From Deltaproteobacteria bacterium (lineage in GTDB: Bacteria; Myxococcota; Kuafuiibacteriia; Kuafuiibacteriales; Kuafuiibacteriaceae): a DNA stretch of 64,000 nucleotides. Shown piece by piece: positions 45,664 through 55,380 of this stretch. Under the pieces are notes generated by a model. That model had not been told where the DNA came from. It made no database searches and saw only the letters and a list, made by a program, of their open reading frames with translations. The DNA lies in the NCBI GenBank assembly GCA_040218735.1, contig JAVJQW010000011.1, positions 224,001 through 288,000 of the forward strand, in the 5' to 3' direction. The translations under genes were made by a program, and so were the position numbers. The stretch's first letter is position 1; every line of letters begins with the position of its first letter.

Positions 45664-46995
45664 TCAAGGGAAGTCGGGCGCGGGCACGGTGATCTCGATG
45701 ATCGCCGGATCCGCGTCGCCGTCCGAGCTCGCGACCGTCCAGGCGATGCGTCCGCTGGGCGCGGCGCTCACGGAGCGGAAGGCGCCGACGGCGCGATCCA
45801 GGATCGACAGGTCACACCACTGCGTGCCGGTCCACGCGGCGATCGCTCCGCCCTTACCCACCGCGACGAAGCGGCCGTCGCCGAGGCCCGTCACCGCCTT
45901 GAAGTCGGCGCCCACGTCGAAGGGGATCGGGAGGTCGCGCCACGCGCGCGTGATCGGGTCGCGCACGTACACCTGCTCGCGGTTGCCGACGGCCCCGATC
46001 GTGTCCTCGTCAGCGAACACGGCGTTGAGGGATTCGAAGAGCGCGGCGTCGAGCTCGGGGGTCCACATGCGGCCGTCGTAGAAGACCGCGCTGTCGCCGA
46101 TGAGCGCGATGGTGCGGTCCGCGCGCGCGATCGACATTCCCAGGACGCCCTGCGGGACGTCGGTGCGCTCGACGAAGATCTGTCCTCGGCTGAGGAGCTC
46201 CGTCACGCGCATGTCGTCGAAGGCGAGCACCGTGCCGTCCGGCCCCGCGGCGACGCCGATGATCGTCCGCGACTCGGGGAGCGCGACCGGATCGCCGTCG
46301 ATGTCGAACGCCACGAGCAGGTCCTCGCCGTTGCGCGCGTAGAAGATGTCGCCGTCCCAGGCCAGCGCCTGCACGAAGTCGAGCCGCTCGGGGTGCGGGT
46401 CGAGGACACGCACCGTGCCGCTCTCGATCTTCGCGAGCATCATCTCGCGCCCCGGCCCGGGGTGGATGTCGCCGCCGACCATCGCGAGCGCATCACTCAC
46501 CGCGGCGACCTGGTACGGCCGCAACCCCGCCGGCACCTCGAGCTCTCGCGCGGCGAAACCTCCGCAGCCCCGCTCCTTGGGGAGGCATCCGCCGTACCGA
46601 AGGTCGAGCTCGACGAGCTCCCCCGTCACGCGCTCCAACCCCGGCACCGGCGTCCCCGGCTCGACCGGCGCGGTGCGCCAGGCGGTGAGCGGCGCAGGGA
46701 CGAGCGGACCGTCGCCGCCGAGCACCACGGGGCAGTCGCCGATCGGCATCCCGTTCGGGGCGCGCTCCGTCATCGCGTACGTGCGGACGAAGATCCGGTA
46801 CGGACCGTCGGCTTCGAAGTCGAAGTCGATCGCCTGGCCGAGCGACGACATCACCGGCGCCGTGAGCGGCGTGCCGGACGCGTCCGTCACGACCGCGATC
46901 GCGACGTGGTCCGCGGGCCACTCCGCCGGCACGAAGACGTCGCCCGAAGCGCATCCCAGGAGCGTGCCGAGGAGGCATGGAACGGCGCGGCGCAA
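45664..46995 (-). CDS. Lipoprotein with probable beta-propeller C-terminus
   Basis: Lipobox LLGC and repeated (AVG..G......G..W) blades. Confidence 0.65.
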   Translation of the reverse strand: MRRAVPCLLGTLLGCASGDVFVPAEWPADHVAIAVVTDASGTPLTAPVMSSLGQAIDFDFEADGPYRIFVRTYAMTERAPNGMPIGDCPVVLGGDGPLVPAPLTAWRTAPVEPGTPVPGLERVTGELVELDLRYGGCLPKERGCGGFAARELEVPAGLRPYQVAAVSDALAMVGGDIHPGPGREMMLAKIESGTVRVLDPHPERLDFVQALAWDGDIFYARNGEDLLVAFDIDGDPVALPESRTIIGVAAGPDGTVLAFDDMRVTELLSRGQIFVERTDVPQGVLGMSIARADRTIALIGDSAVFYDGRMWTPELDAALFESLNAVFADEDTIGAVGNREQVYVRDPITRAWRDLPIPFDVGADFKAVTGLGDGRFVAVGKGGAIAAWTGTQWCDLSILDRAVGAFRSVSAAPSGRIAWTVASSDGDADPAIIEITVPAPDFP

Positions 46996-47009
46996 CGCCT
47001 AGGATTCTA

Positions 47010-48812
47010 TCACGTGATCTCGAACGACGCGGTGCGCCGCGCGGCTTCGACCGCCTCCGTGTAGGCGTCGGAACCAAAATGTTTCACGAGGCGGTCCGCG
47101 ACCGGGAGCACGTGGTCCGACGGCGCCCAGGCGTAGGGCGCACCGGACTCCAGGATCTTCCCCTCGTCGACGAGCTGGGTCGCCGTGGCGAGCGGGAGGT
47201 CGTCGAGGGCGTCGACCAACGCGAGGAAGCGGCCCTGCTCCACCGGGTCCACGAAGAAGTAACCGGACCGCGCGACGTAGGCGTTGTGATAGTGCGCGGG
47301 CCGATCGAGCAGCCCCGCCAAGCCGAGGCGCTCGGCGGAGAGGATCAGGAGCGCGCGCATCTGGCGCGCGATGCCGAGCCCGGGGTGCTCCTGCCCGGGG
47401 AGCGGCGGTCGCTCCAGCGAGAACGACGCGGTCGGGTCCTGCAGCAGGAGCCAGAGGATCTCGAGCATCCAGATCTGATCCCCCTGCACGTCCGGCGCGG
47501 GCCAGGAGCGACGCCGCACGACGAGCTCCACGAGCAGGTGCCGGTCACCGTGGTGTTTGCGTCCGTGCACGCGTACCACTTGGCGCGAGGGATCTTCGAC
47601 CTCCATCTCCAGGTCGAAGTCGACGAAGCCGCGGCGCCGAACGGCTTCGTACAGACCATAGCGTTCGAGGACGAGCGCGACCCCGTGGCGCGAGTAGTAG
47701 TCGAGCAGCCGCGACGCGCGCGGGCGACCAACCAGCTCGCCGAAGAGGTCGGCCTCCGACAGCTCGGTGTCGAGGTCCTGCGAACGGGTCAGGTCCATCG
47801 GGTCGATCGTCTTCGCGATCGCCGTGAAGCGCGCCTCGAGGTTCGGCGGGTCGGGCCGCCACACCCGCGGGCGCCCGGAGATCGCGTAGCGCGCGAGGTT
47901 GTAGAACGCGACCCACGCCTCCTTCGAGTAACCGCCCGCCATCGTCACTACGGTCGGCACTTTGCGGACGTGTTCGAGCACGAAGCGGTCCCGCGCGAAG
48001 ACGCCGTCGAGCGTGAGCTCGAAGGTGCCGAGGCGGTCGACGCGGAGGACGTCCATGCCCGCGATGTAGAACACCAGCTCCGGGTCGAAGCGTTCCAGCG
48101 CCGGCGGGAGATAGTAGCGGAGGCTCGCGAGATAGCGCAGGTCGTCGACGTGCCCGTCGAGGTGAATCTCGTGCGCCGGGTGATCCGTGTGGCGCCAGAC
48201 GGAGCCGTGGATCGAGAACACGAGGACGTCGTCGTCGTCTTCGAACGCCGCGCTGTTGCCGTTCCCCTGGTGGAAGTCGAGGTCGATGATCGCGACGCGC
48301 CCGCTCCACCCTTCGTCGCGCAGGAGGCGAATCGCGACGCCGACGTCGTTGTAGATACAGAACCCCGCGCCGCGATCCGGCTCGGCGTGATGAAAGCCGC
48401 CGCCGAGGTTGAGCGCGAGGCGGCCACCGCGCGTCACTTCACGCGCGGCCGCGACGGTACCGCCGACGGCGCGTTGCGCGCCGTCGAGGAGTGGGTCGAG
48501 ATCGATGTCGCCGGCGCTGAGCCCGAAGATCGCTGCGGCGTTCTCGGCGCGCGCGACGTCCGCGAGGTACTGCGGCGTGTGGAACGTGAGGAGCTGCCGG
48601 TAGGTCGCCTGCGGCGAAGGCCGAACGTCGGACGCGCGGAGCAACTTGTCTTGCACGAGCCGCGTCAGGACGTACTCGCCGCGTTTTGGCTCCAGGTGTT
48701 TGACGCGCGCCGTCTTCGTCAGCTGATGCGGCGCGTACGCCGGGTGGTACCAGACGCTGACGTCCCGGCCGAGGCGCCGCCGCGCCCGGAGGCGTTCGAA
48801 GATGCGACGCAC
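47010..48812 (-). CDS. Histone deacetylase-family protein with ~290-aa C-terminal extension
   Basis: GGGFHHA, GFCIYND, DLDFHQGNG, SIHG, AGMD, AGGY. Confidence 0.88.
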   Translation of the reverse strand: MRRIFERLRARRRLGRDVSVWYHPAYAPHQLTKTARVKHLEPKRGEYVLTRLVQDKLLRASDVRPSPQATYRQLLTFHTPQYLADVARAENAAAIFGLSAGDIDLDPLLDGAQRAVGGTVAAAREVTRGGRLALNLGGGFHHAEPDRGAGFCIYNDVGVAIRLLRDEGWSGRVAIIDLDFHQGNGNSAAFEDDDDVLVFSIHGSVWRHTDHPAHEIHLDGHVDDLRYLASLRYYLPPALERFDPELVFYIAGMDVLRVDRLGTFELTLDGVFARDRFVLEHVRKVPTVVTMAGGYSKEAWVAFYNLARYAISGRPRVWRPDPPNLEARFTAIAKTIDPMDLTRSQDLDTELSEADLFGELVGRPRASRLLDYYSRHGVALVLERYGLYEAVRRRGFVDFDLEMEVEDPSRQVVRVHGRKHHGDRHLLVELVVRRRSWPAPDVQGDQIWMLEILWLLLQDPTASFSLERPPLPGQEHPGLGIARQMRALLILSAERLGLAGLLDRPAHYHNAYVARSGYFFVDPVEQGRFLALVDALDDLPLATATQLVDEGKILESGAPYAWAPSDHVLPVADRLVKHFGSDAYTEAVEAARRTASFEIT

Positions 48813-48903
48813 CGCGTCGCCGATGATGCGAGAAGTCGAGGCGCGAGGGAAGCGCGCCGTCCGTGGTTGCGTGGGACCTCGCCGCGTGCCACCGAACCCG
48901 GCG

Positions 48904-49644
48904 ATGCGATCGACCTTTCGTCGCGCGGCGTCGCTGTCCGAGTCTCAGCTCCGCGCGTTGTGGCGGCTGCGCCGGAGCCTGATCGACATCAAACCGTCCG
49001 TAGACCCGGAGGCGGACTTCGCGGCGTTCGCCGAGGACTTCTCCTGGGGGATCGTGTGGACGCTGTGGGAAGGCGCGGACGTCGTCGGCTTCTTCCTGCA
49101 GCGCGGGCTACCGCTCACGTGGCGCGGCCGCCGCGTATTGTGCCTGACGCCCGAGTACGGGTTCACGGCGCCCCACGTCCGCGGACGCCCCGAGCTCCCC
49201 GCCGCCGTGACGCTGATGACCGTGGCCTGCGTGCTTCGATGCCCGCTTCGCCCGACGTACCTCGCGGGCGCCGCCTATCCGCCGTCGTTCATCTCCCTCG
49301 TCCGCGCCATCCCGCCGGTGTGGACCGTGGGCGATCCGGACGTGCCCGACTGGGAGCGGAGCCTCCTCGATCACCTCGGCGAGCGCATCGCCAAAAGCCA
49401 CTACCGCGCGGCGGACGGAACGGTGTTCATGCGAACGCTCCCCACGTCTCGCGCGACGCCGACCACCCCGGAGGGGCGACGACTGTTCGAGGCCTATGAA
49501 CAGGCCAACCCCGAGTGGCGCGAAGGGCGAGGTCTGTTCCTGCTGTGCCCGGTGACCGTCGGGACGCTCCTGCGGGGGATGCGCACCGCGCTGGCGCGGC
49601 GGTCGCGACGCTCCGGGCCGCGCCGGCCCATCGTCCACCGCTGA
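48904..49644 (+). CDS. Hypothetical protein, possibly GNAT-like fold
   Basis: Coding-like bias. VVGF strand and PHVRGR resemble GNAT motif A. Confidence 0.55.
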   Translation: MRSTFRRAASLSESQLRALWRLRRSLIDIKPSVDPEADFAAFAEDFSWGIVWTLWEGADVVGFFLQRGLPLTWRGRRVLCLTPEYGFTAPHVRGRPELPAAVTLMTVACVLRCPLRPTYLAGAAYPPSFISLVRAIPPVWTVGDPDVPDWERSLLDHLGERIAKSHYRAADGTVFMRTLPTSRATPTTPEGRRLFEAYEQANPEWREGRGLFLLCPVTVGTLLRGMRTALARRSRRSGPRRPIVHR

Positions 49645-49662
49645 GTCATCGGAGTCGCGCGA

Positions 49663-50541
49663 TCACCCGGAGGCGCGCGCGGCCACCACGGCGGCGACCG
49701 TCTGAACGAGCGGGTCGTCCGCGCGCCGGCTGAGGTAGCCGAACAACACGCGGACCTCCGCGTCGGCCCGGCAGACGAGCTCCAGCTCGCCGTTCGCTTC
49801 GGCGACCTCGGCGATGTCGGCATGCAGCAGGCCCACCCCGACGCCACCGGCGACGAGGGCTCGGGTCGCCGAGACGCGGTCGACGTTCACGATCCGGCGC
49901 GGTCGTATCCCGTGTTCCGCGAAGAGCCGATCCACCGCGCGACCGCAGCACGAATCGGCGTCGGGACGGATCCAGGGGACGTCCTCCAAGGCGCGCCAGT
50001 CCGGCGGCGAGCTCGCCAAGCCGACGGGCGCCGCGAGGTACACGCCGAACCGCGCCACTTCGATCGTCGTGAGCCCAGGCTCGGGGTGCTCGCCGGCGTT
50101 GTAGAATCCGGCGTCGAGTGTCTCGTCCCGGATGCCGGCGACGACCGCGTTGGAGTCGGCGTGCACCAACCCGATCTCGACTTCGGGGTGGCGCTCCGAG
50201 AGCGTGGTGACGAGGCGCCCGACGAGAGCCTCCGTGCTCGAGTTCGCTCCGCCACCAATCCGGAGGCGACCGCGGATGCGCCCTTTGATGCGGGCGGCTT
50301 CGTCGAGGAGCCCGCGGTGGGCTTCCAGCGCGAGCTGTGCCTTGTCGAGGAGTCGCCGCCCGTCATCGGTCAGGCTCATCCCGCGCGACGTCCGTTCGAA
50401 CAACGCGAGCCCGAGCTCCTCCTCGATCGCCTTGACGTGCGCGCTCACCGCGGGCTGCGAGAGGTGCAGCTCCTCCGACGCGCGCGTGATGCTGCCGGCG
50501 CGGGCTACGACGACGAAGGTCTCGATTTGGTGGATCTGCAT
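49663..50541 (-). CDS. LysR-family transcriptional regulator
   Basis: SITRASEELHLSQPAVSAHVKAIEEELG..LFER HTH. Confidence 0.96.
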   Translation of the reverse strand: MQIHQIETFVVVARAGSITRASEELHLSQPAVSAHVKAIEEELGLALFERTSRGMSLTDDGRRLLDKAQLALEAHRGLLDEAARIKGRIRGRLRIGGGANSSTEALVGRLVTTLSERHPEVEIGLVHADSNAVVAGIRDETLDAGFYNAGEHPEPGLTTIEVARFGVYLAAPVGLASSPPDWRALEDVPWIRPDADSCCGRAVDRLFAEHGIRPRRIVNVDRVSATRALVAGGVGVGLLHADIAEVAEANGELELVCRADAEVRVLFGYLSRRADDPLVQTVAAVVAARASG

Positions 50542-50624
50542 CGGCCCCGCTCCAGGAGACTACGGCGAAGGCCGGATGACCAGCGCCGGCCGATCGACCT
50601 CGTCACGTCGGTACCCGCGAATCC

Positions 50625-51461
50625 TCATCCCGCGGGCCGTTCCGCCGTGACGATGTGGACCCGCGCCTCGAGCGCCACCCCGCCGTCGTGGACGTGCTGG
50701 GCGAACGCCTCCGTGAGCGCGCGGCGCGCTCCCGCGACGACCGCTTCTCCCGCGGCGTTCAGCAGGACGGCGAACGACGAGAAGGCGCCCAGCGCGAACT
50801 CGGCCGCAGTCGCGGGCGTGGCGCCCAGCGGGAGACGCCCACGCCAGGCTTCGGCGTGGACGGACTCGAACCCGGCGCCGTCGAGCAGCGCCGTCAGCGC
50901 CGACACGTCCGCGTACCGGAACGGGCCGGGCGCGTCGGGGAGCGGAGCGGGGAGCTCGACGCGCTCGGCGACGACGTCCCGGACGACGCCGGCCCAGCGG
51001 TTGTCCGCTATCGGCCCCCACACCGCGAACGCGAGGCGCCCGCCGGGTCGCAGCCATCGCGTGAGGTTCGAGAAGGCCTGCGGCGCATCCGCGAAGAACA
51101 TCACGCCGAAGCGAGATACGAGGCGGTCGTACAGCACCGGCGCGTCGCTCGTCGCCACGTCGCGGACGAAGAACTCGACGCTCGGCACCCGCTGCCGCGC
51201 CGCAGCGACGAGGGCTTCGGACACGTCGAACCCGTGAACCGTGCTCCCCGGGCGCGCGGCGGCGATGACCGCGCGGCTCGCACCTCCGCCGCCGCAGCCG
51301 ATGTCCGCGACGGCGTGCGGCGCGTCTAGCCGTAGCGCTTCCACGAGCGGCGCGTTGATCGACGCGAGCAGGGCCTCGAGCCCGTCGACGTGGACACACC
51401 AGCTCTCACCGCGTGCGCCGCGCCAGTCGAGGGATGCGTTGTAGTCTTCGGTCGTCGTCAC
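50625..51461 (-). CDS. Class I SAM-dependent methyltransferase
   Basis: DIGCGGG, GFDVS, SRFGVMFF, LRPGGRLAF. Confidence 0.92.
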   Translation of the reverse strand: MTTTEDYNASLDWRGARGESWCVHVDGLEALLASINAPLVEALRLDAPHAVADIGCGGGGASRAVIAAARPGSTVHGFDVSEALVAAARQRVPSVEFFVRDVATSDAPVLYDRLVSRFGVMFFADAPQAFSNLTRWLRPGGRLAFAVWGPIADNRWAGVVRDVVAERVELPAPLPDAPGPFRYADVSALTALLDGAGFESVHAEAWRGRLPLGATPATAAEFALGAFSSFAVLLNAAGEAVVAGARRALTEAFAQHVHDGGVALEARVHIVTAERPAG

Positions 51462-51516
51462 GCGGCGAGCATGAGCCGGGCGGCGTCGACCTTTCCAATC
51501 GATTGTTCGAAGGTCA

Positions 51517-51537
51517 CACCTCAGCGAACGTGAGGTG
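51517..51537. promoter_or_regulatory. Putative LysR recognition site (CACCTCA-N7-TGAGGTG, containing T-N11-A)
   Basis: Perfect 7-bp inverted repeat about 55 bp upstream of the methyltransferase-lysR pair. Confidence 0.55.
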
Positions 51538-51547
51538 AGAGGAAGGG

Positions 51548-51575
51548 GCGCGCCCCCGGGGGGACGGGGGCGCGC
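51548..51575 (-). terminator. GC-rich stem-loop downstream of the cytochrome c gene (probable terminator)
   Basis: 11-bp perfect stem GCGCGCCCCCG/CGGGGGCGCGC with a 6-nt loop, 10 nt after the stop. The pyrimidine tail is weak. Confidence 0.6.
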
Positions 51576-51585
51576 GAAGCCTCGA

Positions 51586-53571
51586 TTACAGAGACTTCAG
51601 GTACGTGACGAGGTCATCCATCTCGGCGTCGCTGAGCGCCGAGGTGTTGCCCATCGAGCCGTCGCGCGAACGCTCCAGGACGTCGCGGAGCGTGGGCGCC
51701 GAGCCGTCGTGGAAGTACGGGGCCGTCATCGCGATGCCGGTGAGCGGGCGGACCTTGGCGGCCTCCAGTTCGAACATCGGGACGACCGCGTTGTTCGTGT
51801 ACGCCGGGCCGCTGTGGCAGCTGACGCACGCGACGTCGGGGCGCTCGAAGACGGCCTTGCCGCGCGCGATGGCGGAGATGTCGTCGGTGAAGGGGTTGTC
51901 GACGTCGCGCGTCGAGTTCACGAACGCCGCGATGTCGAGCGCGTCCTGCTCGGTGAGGCCGTCGCCGCCCATGAGGCCCTGGCTGGTCATCATCGCGTCC
52001 TCCGCGACGGTCGGACGGTCACCCTGCCAACCCACCGGCTCGGCGAGCGAGACGTCGCCCGCGAGGGACGGGGTCTGGCGGAGGCCGCGACCGAACGTCC
52101 AGGTCAGGCCGTCGGTGCGCCCGTTGAAGTGGCACGTCGCGCAGGAGACGCCGGCGCCGTCGGCCGACATCTGGCGGTTCTTCGTGGAGAAGAAGAGGCG
52201 GCGGCCGCGCTCGATGTGCGCCGGGAAGCGGTTCGACTCGACCTGGTACTTCGACAGCGTCGTCAGCTGCTCGGGGACCTCCGGAGCCTCGCCGGGGCCG
52301 ACCGGCTCGGTCGAGCCGCCCGTGTTGCGCAGGCGCGCCTCGATGGCGGTCATGTCGATGTGCTCGATGGTGTTGTCGAAGAGCGCGTGCACGTAGGCGC
52401 GGCCGTCGTCGAAGATCGCGAGGCCGTCCGGGCCGGCGCCCGCGCTGACCGCGACGTTCGGGAGGAACATGAAGCCGCGGCCACCGGGATCGATGAAGCC
52501 AGGCGCCGCGTCGCCCGCGTTGCGCTGGGCGAAGCCTTCGGAGTCGAGGTCGAGCGCGACGACCGCGTCGGCGCCCTTGAGCGAGACGAGCATGATGCCG
52601 TTCTTCGAGATGGAGACCGCGACGGGGTACGCGTTGACCTGGCGCGCGTTGAAGCCGCCGACGTCCTCGAAGACCTCGAAGCTCTGCGCGGAGACCGCGA
52701 CGGCCTCTTCGATCACAGGCTGGCCGTTCTCGTCGACCGGCGCCACGACGACCGTGGGGTTCATGCGGTCCTGGTAGCCGCCGCCGGGGCCGCCGGGGGG
52801 CACGCGGGCGTCGTCTTCACCGGGCGGCGGGGCGGCGCCGGTGTCGGGCTCGTCGTTCGGGTCGAAGATCGTGGAGTGGTTGTCGACGTACAGCGCGGGG
52901 ATCGCGACCTGCGTGCCGTCCGGCGAGTACGTGGGGTCGCCGGTGATGCGGCGCGAGAACGAGAACTCTGCGCCGGTCTCGAAGTCGAAGCCCTTGGCTT
53001 CGGGGAGCTCGATCATCCGAAGCTCGCCGCTGTCGAGGTCGATGCTCGCGAACTGGCCGCCGTACGTCTGCGCGACGAGGAGCGTCTTGCCGCTCTCGTG
53101 CAGCGTGAGTCCGCGCGGCTCGCCTTCGATCGACCAGGCGCGGAGGCGAGCGTGAGACTGGGCGTCGTACTCGATGACCTCGCCGGAGACGGACGCGGAG
53201 ACGTAGACGCGGTCCTTTGTGGCGGCGACGCCGAAGGGCTCGGCGCCGGTGCGGATCTCACCCGCGAGCTGGAGGCGGTCCCCGTCGTCGACGAGGATCG
53301 CGACCTTCCGCTCGGCGCGGTTCGTCACGTAGACGGTGCCCTCGAACTGAGCGATGCGCGTGGGCTCCTGGCCGACCTGGATCTTGGACCAGGCGCCGGT
53401 CTTGGGGTCGAGGCGGGTGAGGGTGTCGTGGTCGGGGTTGGCGACGTAGAGGCCGGCGAAGCTGCCGTTGGGTTGAACGGTGCCGCCGCCCTTGCCGAGG
53501 TCGCGTCCCTGGCAGCCGGCCAGAGCGAGCGACGTGAAGAGTGCGCCGAAGGCGAAGTCTCGAATGCGCAT
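51586..53571 (-). CDS. Lipoprotein with YVTN-type beta-propeller fused to a di-heme cytochrome c peroxidase-like domain
   Basis: Lipobox LAGC, VG.EP propeller blades, CATCH and CVSCH, RQTPSL, TAPYFHDGS. Confidence 0.88.
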   Translation of the reverse strand: MRIRDFAFGALFTSLALAGCQGRDLGKGGGTVQPNGSFAGLYVANPDHDTLTRLDPKTGAWSKIQVGQEPTRIAQFEGTVYVTNRAERKVAILVDDGDRLQLAGEIRTGAEPFGVAATKDRVYVSASVSGEVIEYDAQSHARLRAWSIEGEPRGLTLHESGKTLLVAQTYGGQFASIDLDSGELRMIELPEAKGFDFETGAEFSFSRRITGDPTYSPDGTQVAIPALYVDNHSTIFDPNDEPDTGAAPPPGEDDARVPPGGPGGGYQDRMNPTVVVAPVDENGQPVIEEAVAVSAQSFEVFEDVGGFNARQVNAYPVAVSISKNGIMLVSLKGADAVVALDLDSEGFAQRNAGDAAPGFIDPGGRGFMFLPNVAVSAGAGPDGLAIFDDGRAYVHALFDNTIEHIDMTAIEARLRNTGGSTEPVGPGEAPEVPEQLTTLSKYQVESNRFPAHIERGRRLFFSTKNRQMSADGAGVSCATCHFNGRTDGLTWTFGRGLRQTPSLAGDVSLAEPVGWQGDRPTVAEDAMMTSQGLMGGDGLTEQDALDIAAFVNSTRDVDNPFTDDISAIARGKAVFERPDVACVSCHSGPAYTNNAVVPMFELEAAKVRPLTGIAMTAPYFHDGSAPTLRDVLERSRDGSMGNTSALSDAEMDDLVTYLKSL

Positions 53572-53747
53572 GAAGCTGGGTTCCTTCCTGAAAGTGTCGG
53601 GTGACGGCCCTCTCGCTTTACACCCCGTGCGCCCCTCGAAATCGTTGAGGAATTCGCACGATGACCCGGGGCGCGATTCAGATATCTGAAGGCCGGCGCC
53701 GGACGTGCCCCGGTTTTCGGGATGCGGTAGAAGCCCCCTCGCAACCC

Positions 53748-55370
53748 ATGCGCGCCGAAGACCAGACCAAGATCCTGGACCTGCTGGAGCAGCGCGTCAC
53801 GGCGACCCGCTCCCAGGTGAAGGCCCCGCTCTCGGAGGTCCTGGAGGACAGCCTCTACCACGAGCGGCGGCGGCTGAAGGAGGACCGGGGCAAGAGCCCC
53901 GCTTTCAAGAAGGACTCGGCGTTCTGGGAGCGCGTCCAATCCGAGCTGCGCGGCGCGTCCGAATCACAGCAGACCCGACTGATCGAACGCACGGTGCGCC
54001 ACTACGGCGAGGAGATCGCGGGCAACTTCGACGACCGCGTCTACCAGGTCGTCACCCGCGCGATGCCGCCGGCGCTCGGGCTCCTGCTCAACGCCGTCTC
54101 ACCGATCAAGCTCGCGAAGCGCCTCCCCGACCTCCCGAGCATCGACGACGCGATCGTCGTGCAGGGTGAGGTCGAGCAGCTCCGCACACTCCACGAGAAG
54201 GGCACCGTCGTCCTGGTCCCCACGCACGTCAGCAACCTCGACTCGATCGTCGCAGGGTACGCGCTCTACCGCATCGGGCTGCCGCCGTTTTTGTACGGCG
54301 CGGGCCTCAACCTGTTCACGAACCCGCTGCTGTCGTTCTTCATGCACAACCTCGGCGCGTACACGGTGGACCGCAAGAAGCGCGACCCGCTCTACAAGGA
54401 CGTGCTGAAGGCGTACGCGCAGCTCACGCTCGAGCACGGCTACGACAACATCTTCTTCCCCGGCGGGACACGCTCGCGCTCGGGCGCCATCGAGAAGAAG
54501 CTGAAGCTCGGCCTCGCCGGGTGCGGGCTGCAGGCGTACATCGAAAACCTCAAGGCCGACAAAGCGCGGCCCAACCTCTACGTGGTCCCGTGCACCCTGT
54601 CGTTCGAGCTGGTGCTGGAGGCCGAGACGCTGATCGACGACTTCCTGAAGGAGGTCGGCAAGGCGCGGTACATCATCGACGACGACGAGTTCACCAAGCC
54701 GTCGCGCCTGTACGAGTTCATGACGCAGCTCGTGAACCTCGACTCGAAGATTCACGTCACGATCTCCCGCGCCGTGGATCCGTTCGGCAACGACGTCGAC
54801 GACGCCGGCGTGAGCCTCGACCCGTGCGGCCGCTCGATCGACACGTCGCGCTACGTGCTCACGCGCGACGGCCCCGGCCCGGTGTACGACCGCGACCAGG
54901 AGTACACGCGCGAGGTCGGCGAGCGCATCGTCGACGCCTTCCTGCGCGACAACGTCGTGGAGTGCACCCACGTCACGGCGTACGCGATCTTCTCTCTGCT
55001 GAGGGAGTACAACCCGCGCATGAACGTCCTGCGCGTCATTCGCACCGGCGGCGAGGACGACCTCGCGCTCGCCGATCTGTACCGCCGGACGGAGTCGATC
55101 GTCGGGCGCCTCCGCGAGCTCGACGCCGACCGACGCATCCGGTTGGGCCCGAGCGTGAAGAAGAGCGCCGAGGACATCGTCGCCGACGGCCTCAAACACT
55201 TCTCGATCTACCACACGCGCCCCGCGGCGCAGCGCAAGGGCGACCGCGTCGTGCCCACCGACCGGACGCTCCTGCTCTACTACCAAAACCGGCTCGAGGG
55301 TTACGACCTCGACGCGGTCGGCGGCGCCACGTCGCTGTCCGACGACCACCGCGAGCTCGCGGACCAGTGA
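53748..55370 (+). CDS. Glycerol-3-phosphate acyltransferase (PlsB-like)
   Basis: HX4D motif HVSNLD, AGLNL, LGAYTVDR, FPGGTRSRSG. Confidence 0.87.
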   Translation: MRAEDQTKILDLLEQRVTATRSQVKAPLSEVLEDSLYHERRRLKEDRGKSPAFKKDSAFWERVQSELRGASESQQTRLIERTVRHYGEEIAGNFDDRVYQVVTRAMPPALGLLLNAVSPIKLAKRLPDLPSIDDAIVVQGEVEQLRTLHEKGTVVLVPTHVSNLDSIVAGYALYRIGLPPFLYGAGLNLFTNPLLSFFMHNLGAYTVDRKKRDPLYKDVLKAYAQLTLEHGYDNIFFPGGTRSRSGAIEKKLKLGLAGCGLQAYIENLKADKARPNLYVVPCTLSFELVLEAETLIDDFLKEVGKARYIIDDDEFTKPSRLYEFMTQLVNLDSKIHVTISRAVDPFGNDVDDAGVSLDPCGRSIDTSRYVLTRDGPGPVYDRDQEYTREVGERIVDAFLRDNVVECTHVTAYAIFSLLREYNPRMNVLRVIRTGGEDDLALADLYRRTESIVGRLRELDADRRIRLGPSVKKSAEDIVADGLKHFSIYHTRPAAQRKGDRVVPTDRTLLLYYQNRLEGYDLDAVGGATSLSDDHRELADQ

Positions 55371-55380
55371 GGAGGACGGC

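Noticed and set aside
46977-49499. 840-aa plus-strand ORF
   Set aside because: Mostly an antisense shadow of the HDAC gene, with no motifs.
51535-53604. 689-aa plus-strand ORF
   Set aside because: Antisense shadow of the cytochrome c lipoprotein.
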